Made by a program: the position numbers and the translations under genes. A DNA stretch of 40,198 nucleotides. Source: Nevskiales bacterium. GTDB lineage: Bacteria; Pseudomonadota; Gammaproteobacteria; Nevskiales; DATLYR01. How positions within the stretch are numbered: position 1 is the stretch's first letter; each line of letters opens with the position of its first letter. Positions 9,235 through 18,341 of this stretch are shown piece after piece. The notes under the pieces are model-generated. The model saw only the letters and a program-made list of their open reading frames with translations, made no database searches and was not told where the DNA came from. The stretch is from the NCBI GenBank assembly GCA_041620675.1, contig JBFKCG010000001.1:1-40198 (forward strand), written 5' to 3'.

Positions 9235-9255
9235 CGCGGCGGGATTCCTGAATCG

Positions 9256-9627
9256 ATGCCAAAGCCCAACGAGTTCGTTGAATACCTGCTGGAATTGCTG
9301 GCGCCACTGGGCGAGGTCAGCGCCAAATCCATGTTCGGCGGCTATGGCATCTATCGCGACGGCCTGATGTTCGGCCTGGTCGCCAACGACGTGCTCTATC
9401 TCAAGGTCGACGACATCAATCGTGGCAGCTTCGAGTCACGCGGCTTGCCGCCATTCACCTATGAGCGCAAGGACAAGCCCGCCATCGTCATGTCCTTCCA
9501 CCGCGCACCGGAGGAGGCGCTGGAAGAAAGCGAGGCGCTTTGTGCATGGGCACGGGATGCCTCCGCAGCGGCCCTGCGGAACGCAAACAAGAAACAAACT
9601 CAGAAGAGGAAACGGAAGAAGCGCTGA
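9256..9627 (+). CDS. TfoX/Sxy N-terminal-domain protein with polybasic tail
   Basis: KSMFGGYGIYRDGLMFGLVANDVLYLKVDD is typical of the TfoX_N domain. The C-terminus is NANKKQTQKRKRKKR. Confidence 0.7.
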   Translation: MPKPNEFVEYLLELLAPLGEVSAKSMFGGYGIYRDGLMFGLVANDVLYLKVDDINRGSFESRGLPPFTYERKDKPAIVMSFHRAPEEALEESEALCAWARDASAAALRNANKKQTQKRKRKKR

Positions 9628-9722
9628 CACTTTGTCACGTTCAGTCGGAGCCAGCTGCCAGCCGAATCCATCTCCCACACCTGTCTCCTCCGGCTGCAGT
9701 CGCAACTCAATAGCGCGGTCTT

Positions 9723-11066
9723 CTAGGCCACCGCGGCGGGCAACCCCATCACATAATGCGGCACCGGCTGTGCATACCCTTTCAGCTTGAGCGGTTGCCC
9801 TGGTTCGAGAGCGTACGCACTTGCCTTTGCTCCCACCAGCTCCAGGCTGCGCTCATCGACCAGTATCTCGCCATGCATGGCCTCGCTGCACAGGCGCGCC
9901 GCCAGGTTCACTGGCGGCCCCACCGCGGTGTACTCCAGGCGAGAGGCTGCGCCAATGACGCCTACCGTCACAAAGCCACTGGCCACTCCGACACCCACGC
10001 CGAGCTCCTGCTCTGAGTCGGACCAGCGCCGGGTGATCTCCATGCCGCGCTGGCGCAGCTGCTGCGCGAGATCCAGTGCACGCCGCGCATGATCGGCAAG
10101 CGGAATGGGCGCGCCCACCAGGATCAGAACCCCATCACCCGCCTGGTCCTTGATGGTGCCGCCGAAAGCGGCCGCCGACTCTCCCACCGCGTCGTAATAC
10201 TCGCGCAGGATCGTCATCACCTGGGTGGATTGCGTCGCCCGCGAGAACGCGGTGAATCCGCGCAGGTCACAACAGACAATCGAGACTTCCAGTGTCTGTT
10301 CCTCGGTCGCGCGCTTGAGCCCACGCTCACGCACCAGTTCCGCCACCTGTGGCGAGAGGAATCGCGACATGAACTGCGCGCGCTGCCCCTGGATGACGTG
10401 GTACTGCACGGCCCCGATCAGGAGGATCAATAAACCAATTGCGGTGGCGACCGGCGCCAGGTTGACTGGCAATACCATGCCGGAGGCCATGAACGGTGCA
10501 CCCACCAAAAACGCGATGAGGCGGATGCGTTCAGGCGCATCGGGACGACGGTTGAGCAGCAGCAGGGCCGAGACGGTTGCCATCAGCAGCCCCAGCTCGA
10601 GCGGCAGGGCGAACAGGTAGAACAGCGGCTGTGAAAAAGCATCCGGCTCCATGAACGCTGCCATGAAGACATTGGCTCGCTGCTGCGGGAGCACGAAGGC
10701 AACCACGCCATAGAACAGCGTCAGCACCTGTGCTGCGCGCAGCAGGTTGTCGCCGGTTCGGGTCTGCAGTTCGCGCGCCGGCACGGTCCGGCGAATGCGC
10801 AGGATCCATTCGTAACCGGCGATGAACGCTACCACCTCCGGCAGCGCCAACACGCCCGCCCAGATCGGCACCGTGCTGCGCAAATCGCCCTGCATCAGGT
10901 AAGCCAGCATGATGTGCACATTGGCAATGATCGAGCCACCGACACCGGCCAGGGACAGGGACAGCATGCGACTGGTCGGCGAATGACGATCTGCGATGAC
11001 AAATGCAACTGCCATCCCCAACGCCAGCAGCGCGGCAATCAGGTGGGGGGTGGTATCCAGAGTCAT
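9723..11066 (-). CDS. Membrane-anchored class III adenylate/guanylate cyclase
   Basis: I trimmed the ORF to the ATG at 11066, which is 10 nt after the stop of the upstream ACAD. The N-terminal ~270 aa contain multiple TM helices. The C-terminal cyclase homology domain carries SIVCCDLRGFTAF, GGTIKDQAGDGVLILVGAP, GVGVASGFVTVGVIG and YTAVGPPVNLAARL. Confidence 0.8.
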   Translation of the reverse strand: MTLDTTPHLIAALLALGMAVAFVIADRHSPTSRMLSLSLAGVGGSIIANVHIMLAYLMQGDLRSTVPIWAGVLALPEVVAFIAGYEWILRIRRTVPARELQTRTGDNLLRAAQVLTLFYGVVAFVLPQQRANVFMAAFMEPDAFSQPLFYLFALPLELGLLMATVSALLLLNRRPDAPERIRLIAFLVGAPFMASGMVLPVNLAPVATAIGLLILLIGAVQYHVIQGQRAQFMSRFLSPQVAELVRERGLKRATEEQTLEVSIVCCDLRGFTAFSRATQSTQVMTILREYYDAVGESAAAFGGTIKDQAGDGVLILVGAPIPLADHARRALDLAQQLRQRGMEITRRWSDSEQELGVGVGVASGFVTVGVIGAASRLEYTAVGPPVNLAARLCSEAMHGEILVDERSLELVGAKASAYALEPGQPLKLKGYAQPVPHYVMGLPAAVA

Positions 11067-11076
11067 CGACGCGCGC

Positions 11077-12879
11077 TCAGAACCAGTCGCCCTGCATGTC
11101 CAGGGTCGTGCTATCCAGCGACTGCAGCAGTTTTGCGTTGCAAGTGACCAGCGGCAACTCATGGTTGAAGAAATAGCGACAGGCTTGCAGCTTGCCGGCA
11201 TAAAAATTCGCATCGTCCGGACCGGCCTTTGGTCTTTCGCGTACGGCCACCTCGGCCTGGCGCAGCCATAACCAGGCAGTGACCAAGTGCCCCATCAGGT
11301 CCAGGTAAAGCGAGGCATTGGCCAGGCCAAGCCGGACTTTGCCGCCCTGTAAGGCCTGTGCCAGCGTGAGCGTCGTCTTGGCCAGGGCTTCCATGCCTTT
11401 CGCGAGCGCGGCACTGAGCGGCTGCAACTCGGGGTCATTCTTGGTTGACTCGATGGTCTGCACCACGCGTTGCGACAGCAGGCGCAGCGCCGCAGCCTCG
11501 TTCATCAGCACCTTGCGGCCAAGCAGGTCTAGCGCCTGGATGCCGTTGGTGCCTTCATGGATCGGATTGAGGCGGTTGTCGCGGTAGAACTGTTCGACCG
11601 GGTAGTCGCGCGTATAGCCGGCACCGCCCAGCACCTGGATCGCCAGCTCGTTGGCCTTGAGGCACCACTGCGAGGGCCATGACTTGATGATCGGCGTCAA
11701 CAATTCGAGTAGCTGCCCCGCTTCAGCGCGCAGGGACTTGTCCGGGTCGTTGGCCTGCTGGTCAACCAGCGTGGCGCCATAAAGCCCCAACGCATAAGCA
11801 CCCTCCACATAGCTTTTCTGTGCCAGCAGCATGCGCTTGATGTCGGCATGCTCTATCAGCATGATCGGCGCGCTATCAGGATCCTTCTGGTCCGGATGGC
11901 GCCCCTGTGGACGTTCCTTCGCATAGGCGAGCGAGTGCTGGTACCCGGCGTAGCCGAGCATGACCGCGCCCATCCCGACCGCGATGCGCGACTCGTTCAT
12001 CATGTGGAACATCTGTGCCATGCCGGTATGCGGCTTGCCAATCAGGTAACCAACGCAATTCCCGCCCTCGCCAAACTTGAGGAAAGTATTGACCGTGCCG
12101 CGATAGCCCATCTTGTGGTTCAGGCCGGCCAGCTTTACATCGTTGCGCTCACCGAGCGAGCCATCCTCGTTGACGAGGAATTTCGGCACGATGAACAGGC
12201 TGATGCCCTTGACCCCCGGCGGACCACCTGGGATCTTGGCCAAGACCAGGTTGATGATGTTCTCGGAAAGATCGTGCTCGCCACCGGAGATCCACATCTT
12301 CGCGCCGCTCAGGCGGTAACTGCCATCCGGTTGTGGCTCGGCGCGGGTCTTGATGTCCGCCAGCGATGATCCCGCATGCGGTTCCGACAGGCACATGGTG
12401 CCGAAGAAACGACCCGCGTGGATTGGCTGCATGAACAAGCGTTTCTGTTCATCACTGGCATACGCAGCCAACAGGTTGGCAGCGCCTTTGGACAGCATCG
12501 TATAAGCCGCCGTGCCTACGTTCGCGGCCTGGAAGTAGGACTCACAGGCGGTGGCGATGGTGTGGGGCAACTGCATGCCATCCGCGTCATAGTCCAGCTG
12601 CGCGCGCATGAATCCCGCCTCGATGTAGGCGCGCAATGCAGGCCGGACTTCCGGGATGAGCCTGACGTGGCCGTCGACCAGCTGCGGCTCGTTCAGGTCG
12701 GCCTTGCGGTTATGCGGCGCAAACTGGCTGGTAGCCAGGCCCTCGGCCAGATCCAGTGCCGCGTCGAAGGTGTCGCGGCTGTGCTCCGCGTAGCGTGGGT
12801 ACTGCGCAAGCTTTTCGGCGTCCAGCAGTTCGTACAGCAGGAATTGCAGGTCGCGACGATTAATCAGGTCAATGCTCAT
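11077..12879 (-). CDS. Large (600 aa) acyl-CoA dehydrogenase with N- and C-terminal extension domains
   Basis: The N-terminus MSIDLINRRDLQFLLYELLD and the motifs CLSEPHAGSSLADI, KMWISGGEHD and YPVEQFYRDNRLNPIHEGTNGIQ match the long FadE-type ACAD architecture. Confidence 0.9.
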   Translation of the reverse strand: MSIDLINRRDLQFLLYELLDAEKLAQYPRYAEHSRDTFDAALDLAEGLATSQFAPHNRKADLNEPQLVDGHVRLIPEVRPALRAYIEAGFMRAQLDYDADGMQLPHTIATACESYFQAANVGTAAYTMLSKGAANLLAAYASDEQKRLFMQPIHAGRFFGTMCLSEPHAGSSLADIKTRAEPQPDGSYRLSGAKMWISGGEHDLSENIINLVLAKIPGGPPGVKGISLFIVPKFLVNEDGSLGERNDVKLAGLNHKMGYRGTVNTFLKFGEGGNCVGYLIGKPHTGMAQMFHMMNESRIAVGMGAVMLGYAGYQHSLAYAKERPQGRHPDQKDPDSAPIMLIEHADIKRMLLAQKSYVEGAYALGLYGATLVDQQANDPDKSLRAEAGQLLELLTPIIKSWPSQWCLKANELAIQVLGGAGYTRDYPVEQFYRDNRLNPIHEGTNGIQALDLLGRKVLMNEAAALRLLSQRVVQTIESTKNDPELQPLSAALAKGMEALAKTTLTLAQALQGGKVRLGLANASLYLDLMGHLVTAWLWLRQAEVAVRERPKAGPDDANFYAGKLQACRYFFNHELPLVTCNAKLLQSLDSTTLDMQGDWF

Positions 12880-12956
12880 GCGCGGTTACGTCCGGGATGG
12901 TTGTCTGGGATCGGGCGTCGTCATACTCTCAGTATCAGGCTCCTTACGCATCAATT

Positions 12957-13967
12957 ATGCCCGTGAATGCACTGCTGTCGAATTACAACCATGCCCGCTG
13001 GCGTGACAACCAGCGCGGGGGACACTACGAGAGCTTTTGGCTGCGCGCCAACCACCCCACGCAACCGCTGGCTTTCTGGATTCGCTACACGCTGTTCAGC
13101 CCAAAGGGTCAACCGGATGCCGCCATCGGAGAGCTATGGTGCATCTGGTCGGATGGCGACGGTTCTCGACTGACCGCCGTCAAGCGCGAAGTGCCGCTCG
13201 GTGACTGTCGCTTCGCCAGTGATCGCTTCGAAGTCGCGGTCGCGGATGCTGTGCTGACGCCGTCTTCATCCAGCGGCTGGGCACAAACCAGCAACGACCG
13301 CATTGAATGGGATCTGTATTACGGGGGTGGTTCAGCGCCACTGTTTCATTTTCCAATGAGTCTCTATGACAAGGCACTGCCCAAGGCCAAGAGCCTGGTT
13401 GGCCGGCCCCTGGCCGTGTTCAATGGCTCGCTGCGGGTGAATGGCCAGGACATGCGCATTGACAACTGGGTGGGCAGCCAGAACCACAACTGGGGCAGGC
13501 AGCACACTGATCACTATGCCTATGGGCAGGTTGCCGGATTTGATAATGCGACGGACTCATTCCTGGAAGTCGCCACGGCGCGAATCAAGCTGGGGCCATT
13601 CTGGACGCCTTTCATGACGCCAATCGTGCTGCGGCATAACGAGCAGGAACACGCCTTCAACGGCCTCGCCCAAGCGCTGAGAAATCGCGGCACGTTTGGG
13701 TATTTCGACTGGTCATTTTCTGCCGAGAGTGCGACACACGGCCTGGAAGGGCGCATCCATGCCAAGCCTGATGCGTTTGTCGGATTGCGCTATTACAACC
13801 CGCCCGGCGGCGACAAGTGCTGCCTCAACGCAAAGCTCGCGGCCTGTGAGTTGACGCTAACCGACAAGCGCAGTGGTAGCACCGAGATTCTATCCACAAG
13901 ACACCGTGCCGCCTTTGAAATCCTGTCCGATGATTTCAAGGGCCATGGCGTCGCCATTCGTGCCTGA
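12957..13967 (+). CDS. Hypothetical protein (336 aa), no motif recognised
   Basis: GC3 is strong from the ATG at 12957, and the 20 upstream codons have poor GC3. The gene is divergent from the 600-aa ACAD. No family assignment is possible by eye. Confidence 0.55.
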   Translation: MPVNALLSNYNHARWRDNQRGGHYESFWLRANHPTQPLAFWIRYTLFSPKGQPDAAIGELWCIWSDGDGSRLTAVKREVPLGDCRFASDRFEVAVADAVLTPSSSSGWAQTSNDRIEWDLYYGGGSAPLFHFPMSLYDKALPKAKSLVGRPLAVFNGSLRVNGQDMRIDNWVGSQNHNWGRQHTDHYAYGQVAGFDNATDSFLEVATARIKLGPFWTPFMTPIVLRHNEQEHAFNGLAQALRNRGTFGYFDWSFSAESATHGLEGRIHAKPDAFVGLRYYNPPGGDKCCLNAKLAACELTLTDKRSGSTEILSTRHRAAFEILSDDFKGHGVAIRA

Positions 13968-13993
13968 CCTAGGGACAGCCCCCAACGGACTGT

Positions 13994-14983
13994 TCAGCCT
14001 ACATAGCCCTCGGCACGAAACCACTTCAGGGCGCGCTCAATCGCCTCATCGACGCGGGTCGTGGCCTTGAAGCCAAGTTCTTTTTCTGCCTTGGCGCCGC
14101 TCAGGAACTGCCCGGCGGACATGACCGCAATCGCGGTGGCATCCACCTTGGGTAACGCCCCGCCAACCAACCGATAACGCAGGGACTGCAGCGCCGACAC
14201 GAACTTGGCCACCGGCAACGGGATGGCGCCAGGAGCCGATTTGCCCGACAGCGCCGCGATCTTGCCGACCAGCTCATCCATGCTGAGATTGCTGCCCGTC
14301 AAGAGATAACGCTCACCAGGCACCCCGTCCTCGCAGACTCGAGCCAAGCCAAGGCCTGCATCCCCGGCATAGATGACATTGCGATTGCCACGCACGTACC
14401 CGGGCAGGGTGCCATTGGCGATCTCGACAATCAGGCGGCCGGTGGTCGGGCCGTAATCGTACTCGCCAAAGGTCATGCTCGGGATGCCGATCACCACCGG
14501 CAATCCACGGGCTGCATGGTCCAGTGCCTGCCGGTCCATGGCCCACTTCACCTGCACATACGGGTTCTTGTTGTCCGGTTCATCGGCGTAGGCCAGCGTC
14601 TCATCACCCGGCTCACCGCTTGGGTTGCGGCGAAGGGCGATGGCACCGCCCAGGTAAACAATCTTCTTGAGGGCGTGCGCCGCGCAGGCCGCGTAAAAGT
14701 TTTCCATCTGCGCGGTGGCGACCGCGACATCTTCCCGCCACGGGCGCGGAAGGGTCGGATAGTAGCCCGCGCAATTGATCACCGCGTCCACATCCGCCAT
14801 GGCTTCGGTCAAGGACCGCTTGTCATCCAGCTCCGCGACCGCTGACGTGTACTGCAGGCCGGCCAGGGTATCCACTCGTGAACTGGCACGATGAATCACA
14901 TGGAGCGCATGACCCCGCGCCAAGAGCGCGCGAGCCGTGTGCTGGCCGAGCATGCCTGTGGCACCAATCACAGCTATCCGCAT
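13994..14983 (-). CDS. NAD(P)-dependent epimerase/dehydratase family (extended SDR) protein
   Basis: The N-terminal Rossmann motif is MRIAVIGATGMLGQH, and the ~330-aa length is typical of extended SDRs. Confidence 0.85.
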   Translation of the reverse strand: MRIAVIGATGMLGQHTARALLARGHALHVIHRASSRVDTLAGLQYTSAVAELDDKRSLTEAMADVDAVINCAGYYPTLPRPWREDVAVATAQMENFYAACAAHALKKIVYLGGAIALRRNPSGEPGDETLAYADEPDNKNPYVQVKWAMDRQALDHAARGLPVVIGIPSMTFGEYDYGPTTGRLIVEIANGTLPGYVRGNRNVIYAGDAGLGLARVCEDGVPGERYLLTGSNLSMDELVGKIAALSGKSAPGAIPLPVAKFVSALQSLRYRLVGGALPKVDATAIAVMSAGQFLSGAKAEKELGFKATTRVDEAIERALKWFRAEGYVG

Positions 14984-15025
14984 GGCAATGTCCTTGTTCA
15001 GTTGCAGCCGTGAGCGATTTGCTCG

Positions 15026-16606
15026 CTAGCTATTGGGAATTTCCAGCACCTGCCCCACTCGCAGCCGGTGCGGGCTGTCGAGTTTATTCGCCGTCATGAT
15101 GGCTTTGACCGTGCTGTTATAGCGTTTCGCGATCACTTCCAGGGTCTGTCCCTGCGTGACGCGATGCACTATCTGCCTGGCTGGCTCGGGTTTCGCCGGG
15201 GCCTTGGCGACAGGCTTCTCAGCTTGCCTAATGGGTGGTGGTACCAAGACGGTCGTCGTATCTTCCCGCGGCGGAATCTTCAGCACCTGGCCGACACGGA
15301 TCTGGGTTTTACTGCCGAGGTCATTGGCGGCCTGGATTGACTTGACGCTCACGCCGTAACTCTGGGCAATGCCTCCGATTGACTGGCCGCGTGCCACCTT
15401 GTGCGACTGGTAGTAATGCTTTTGCGAGCCCGCCAGCTGGGTCGGACCCAGGCCATGGTACTTGGCGGCGAACACCTGTCGCAGCCCGGCCGGGATACGG
15501 ATGCGATGCCCCGGCGGGACCAGGAGCTTTCCCTCCACCACCTGCGGGTGGTAGGCCGGGTTCATTTCCCGGAACTTCTCCGGCGTCAGGCCCGATAGGT
15601 GCTGCAAGGCGCGATAGCTGACATAGTGCTTGGTCACGAATTCCGAATAGATCAGAGGCGACTCAATCGGCACGTTGCCCAGGTACTTCTTGTGGTCGCG
15701 GTAGGCATCCAGTGCGCCAAGGAATGAAGCGTAGAAGTTCTTCGAGGCGAAGCCAAAATTGGGCGACTCGTAATGCTGGATCAGGTCGGCGAGGTTACGG
15801 GTATTCAGCGCCCGCATTCCCTTGAGCAAGCCGCCTCGGCCATGGTTATAGGCCGTGATTGCCAGCGGCCAGGATTTCAGCACGCGGTAATCCTCTGCCA
15901 GGTGACGCGCAGCCGCCTCGGTCGAGAACAACGGGTCACGACGGTCATCAACCACTTCATTGAGGCGCATGTACTGGCGCGCGGTCGCCGGCATGAACTG
16001 CCAGATGCCGGCGGCCCCCACCTTAGAATAGGCCTTCACGTTGAAGCTTGACTCAACGAAGGGCAGGCGCGTCAATTCGACGGGCAGGCCAGCATCCCGA
16101 AAGATCTTCTCCATCTGTGGCAGGTAGCGGCCCGAGATTGTTATGGCCTGCGTGAACTGTTCCCGCAGGCCACGCTGCACGCGAACCCGCCCTCGTGCCG
16201 CGAGGAACCGGCTGGAATCTCGATGATCGGAATATAGCTTCCACAGGTGTCGTTCTTCCGCGCTCAACGAGGTCGGGTGGTCACGCATCTTGTGCAGGCG
16301 CTCAAACATCTTGTCGATCAGGATGCGCTCGCGCTTTTCCGCGTTGCGCATGGACAGCTCGATATTGGCCGCTGATACACCGCTTTTCTTCAGGGGCCGA
16401 AAATCCAGCACCTTGATGACTTTCCACGGATACCTTGCGTCGTGCACCACCAACTGGTACTCGGAGTATTCGGCAAATATCTGACGCCAGAACGCAACTC
16501 GCGGCTCAAGCGCGGCTGGTCGTGGAAAATCAGCACTTGCGGCCGGCAGCTCTGCCGACAACAGCAGTGACATCAGGCCAAATAGCAGTGTGAACTTGAA
16601 ATGCAT
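15026..16606 (-). CDS. mltD: Lytic murein transglycosylase, SLT domain plus two C-terminal LysM domains (MltD-like)
   Basis: It has a signal peptide and the SLT motifs ESSFN and GAAGIWQFMPATARQY. Two LysM repeats are present (HKVARGQSIGGIAQSYGVSVKSIQAAN... and HRVTQGQTLEVIAKRYNSTVKAIMTAN...). Confidence 0.8.
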   Translation of the reverse strand: MHFKFTLLFGLMSLLLSAELPAASADFPRPAALEPRVAFWRQIFAEYSEYQLVVHDARYPWKVIKVLDFRPLKKSGVSAANIELSMRNAEKRERILIDKMFERLHKMRDHPTSLSAEERHLWKLYSDHRDSSRFLAARGRVRVQRGLREQFTQAITISGRYLPQMEKIFRDAGLPVELTRLPFVESSFNVKAYSKVGAAGIWQFMPATARQYMRLNEVVDDRRDPLFSTEAAARHLAEDYRVLKSWPLAITAYNHGRGGLLKGMRALNTRNLADLIQHYESPNFGFASKNFYASFLGALDAYRDHKKYLGNVPIESPLIYSEFVTKHYVSYRALQHLSGLTPEKFREMNPAYHPQVVEGKLLVPPGHRIRIPAGLRQVFAAKYHGLGPTQLAGSQKHYYQSHKVARGQSIGGIAQSYGVSVKSIQAANDLGSKTQIRVGQVLKIPPREDTTTVLVPPPIRQAEKPVAKAPAKPEPARQIVHRVTQGQTLEVIAKRYNSTVKAIMTANKLDSPHRLRVGQVLEIPNS

Positions 16607-16810
16607 GATCTGAAACTATCAGCGCACCAGGATAAAGCAACTGGAACCGGGGCCGGCTCTGTCGTGGGAGGGCGAGCATGCTAACCAAGTCGGCCCAATG
16701 GAGCAATGTAAAAATCAGCCCTCAGCCGCCTCCTGTCAATAGCGCAGCAAATCCGTGATTTTCCATGGGCCGCCTCGTACAATCAGGCCCATGTACATCG
16801 GAGCGATGCC

Positions 16811-17212
16811 TTGTATCTCCTGATTGGCCTGGTGCTAGTGGCGATTATTGCCGCCACCGTTGTCTGGCTGCAGCTCCACCGCAAGGTCGAGCCCCCGCCC
16901 CTTGAGCCCGCCACTGAATTGCGGCCCAAGCTGATGCAGATCGTGCTGCACGAGGATTCCTGCAACGAGGCACGGAAACTTGAGAATGTACGTTTCGAAA
17001 AGACCAGTGTGCCGATTCTTCCACTTTCACGATGCGACAACCCCCAAAGTTGCCATTGCCGCTGCCGTTACGTCCCCGTCGAAGATCGCCGTATTTACCA
17101 AAGGCGTCGCACCGAAGACAAGCGCCAGGAAATCCGTCTGGACGGGAAAGCCCGCCGCAAGGGGGGTGGACGACGCCGAACTGATAACGTCTGGAAGGAC
17201 GGCGGGTACTAA
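16811..17212 (+). CDS. Small single-pass membrane protein with a Cys cluster and Arg-rich tail (hypothetical)
   Basis: The TTG start is preceded by GGAG at about 8 nt. The N-terminal TM helix is LLIGLVLVAIIAATVVWL, followed by the CDNPQSCHCRC cluster and the tail QRRRTEDKRQEIRLDGKARRKGGGRRR. Confidence 0.45.
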   Translation: MYLLIGLVLVAIIAATVVWLQLHRKVEPPPLEPATELRPKLMQIVLHEDSCNEARKLENVRFEKTSVPILPLSRCDNPQSCHCRCRYVPVEDRRIYQRRRTEDKRQEIRLDGKARRKGGGRRRTDNVWKDGGY

Positions 17213-17244
17213 GCCATCACTAAAGCGGGACCACGCTGCCTAGC

Positions 17245-17826
17245 TCAGAGCGGCAGCCACGAGTGCTTCTTGGTGTAGTGCAGGTAACCGATATTGGCGC
17301 CCGCGCGCAGGCCCACGCCAGTACGAATTGGAGCCAAGGTGATGTTATTGCTGCGCTGGTAATTCACGCCGACGCCAGCCACGTAGTAGAAAGTGCCCTC
17401 CACGCCGGGAAAGCGCTGGTACAGGTCATCCTGGTTCTTGAGGTTGTAGATCAGCACGAAAGTCTTGGACGCATTGGCGCCCACATCCCAGCCGACCGAT
17501 GGGCCCTGCCAGTAGGCCTTGCGCGTACCGGCGCATTTGTGAAACACCGTGCCTTCGCCATAACGCAAGCCGACGCCAATCGCGCCGCTGGCTTCGGTGC
17601 CCGCGATATAAGCGTTGGGTCGCCCCTGCTCCTTGAACACTTTCTCAATGACCTGTGCGAGACCCTCGGTCAGGGCACCGAAGAACGCCTCGGCCTTCTG
17701 CGAGATTTCGTTCTTGGTAAAGGTGTCTTCGCGATCGCATTTCGCCGCATGAGCCGGCATTACGCCCGTCGCCATCAGCACCAAGGTGGCAGCAATTGTC
17801 TGCGGCAGAGAGTTGAAGATTTTCAT
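17245..17826 (-). CDS. DUF1134-family periplasmic protein (EipA-like)
   Basis: It has a signal peptide plus the conserved blocks GRPNAYIAGTEASGAIGVGLRYGEG, AYWQGPSVGWDVGA and LAPIRTGVGLRAGANIGYLHYT, which I remember as DUF1134. Confidence 0.65.
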   Translation of the reverse strand: MKIFNSLPQTIAATLVLMATGVMPAHAAKCDREDTFTKNEISQKAEAFFGALTEGLAQVIEKVFKEQGRPNAYIAGTEASGAIGVGLRYGEGTVFHKCAGTRKAYWQGPSVGWDVGANASKTFVLIYNLKNQDDLYQRFPGVEGTFYYVAGVGVNYQRSNNITLAPIRTGVGLRAGANIGYLHYTKKHSWLPL

Positions 17827-17885
17827 GAGTCAGTTCCTGTTCTTATAGTCACGAGTATAACCCTTGGGGGATTGGACACCCTGGT

Positions 17886-18248
17886 TTACTGACAGTTCTC
17901 GGTTTCTGCAGTGCGCAGGGTTCCCAGATGTGCCGCGTGCTCCTCTTCCGTCATGCGCGAAGTCGAACCATCCTCATTCGTGCGCATGACCGAGCGCGGG
18001 GGGACATCAGCGATGCGCTGGATTTCGGCGCGCGCCTGCTCACAGATTGCCTGCCGCTGCTGATTACGTTCGGCCTCGCGCTGCTCCAACTCTTTGCGAA
18101 CACGGGCGCGTTCTTCTTCCAGTGCAGGATCGGTCATGGCGGGAGCGGCCTCGCCCCCCTCCTGTGCCGGCGCGGCCAGCGGCAGCCAACATGCAGCGCC
18201 CAGCAAGAGACCTGCGATAGCCTGAGCAAGCACATTTCGTTTCATCAT
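17886..18248 (-). CDS. Secreted coiled-coil protein (hypothetical)
   Basis: The ATG at 18248 is preceded by GGAGG at 6 nt. The signal peptide is MMKRNVLAQAIAGLLLGAACWLPLAAPAQE. It is followed by an E/R/Q-rich helical segment and two Cys residues. Confidence 0.55.
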   Translation of the reverse strand: MMKRNVLAQAIAGLLLGAACWLPLAAPAQEGGEAAPAMTDPALEEERARVRKELEQREAERNQQRQAICEQARAEIQRIADVPPRSVMRTNEDGSTSRMTEEEHAAHLGTLRTAETENCQ

Positions 18249-18341
18249 GGCCAGCCTCCGGAGAATCATCTGTTCATTTTGGACCGCAGGTCACAAACTG
18301 TCTTGCTACCCTAACAGCACTGGCTGAATGCCGCATGAACC

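Noticed and set aside
9802-9808. A GGTTCGA T-loop-like heptamer that could indicate a tRNA.
   Set aside because: It lies inside the cyclase coding sequence, and no acceptor or anticodon stem arrangement surrounds it. I found no tRNA-like cloverleaf anywhere in the window by eye.
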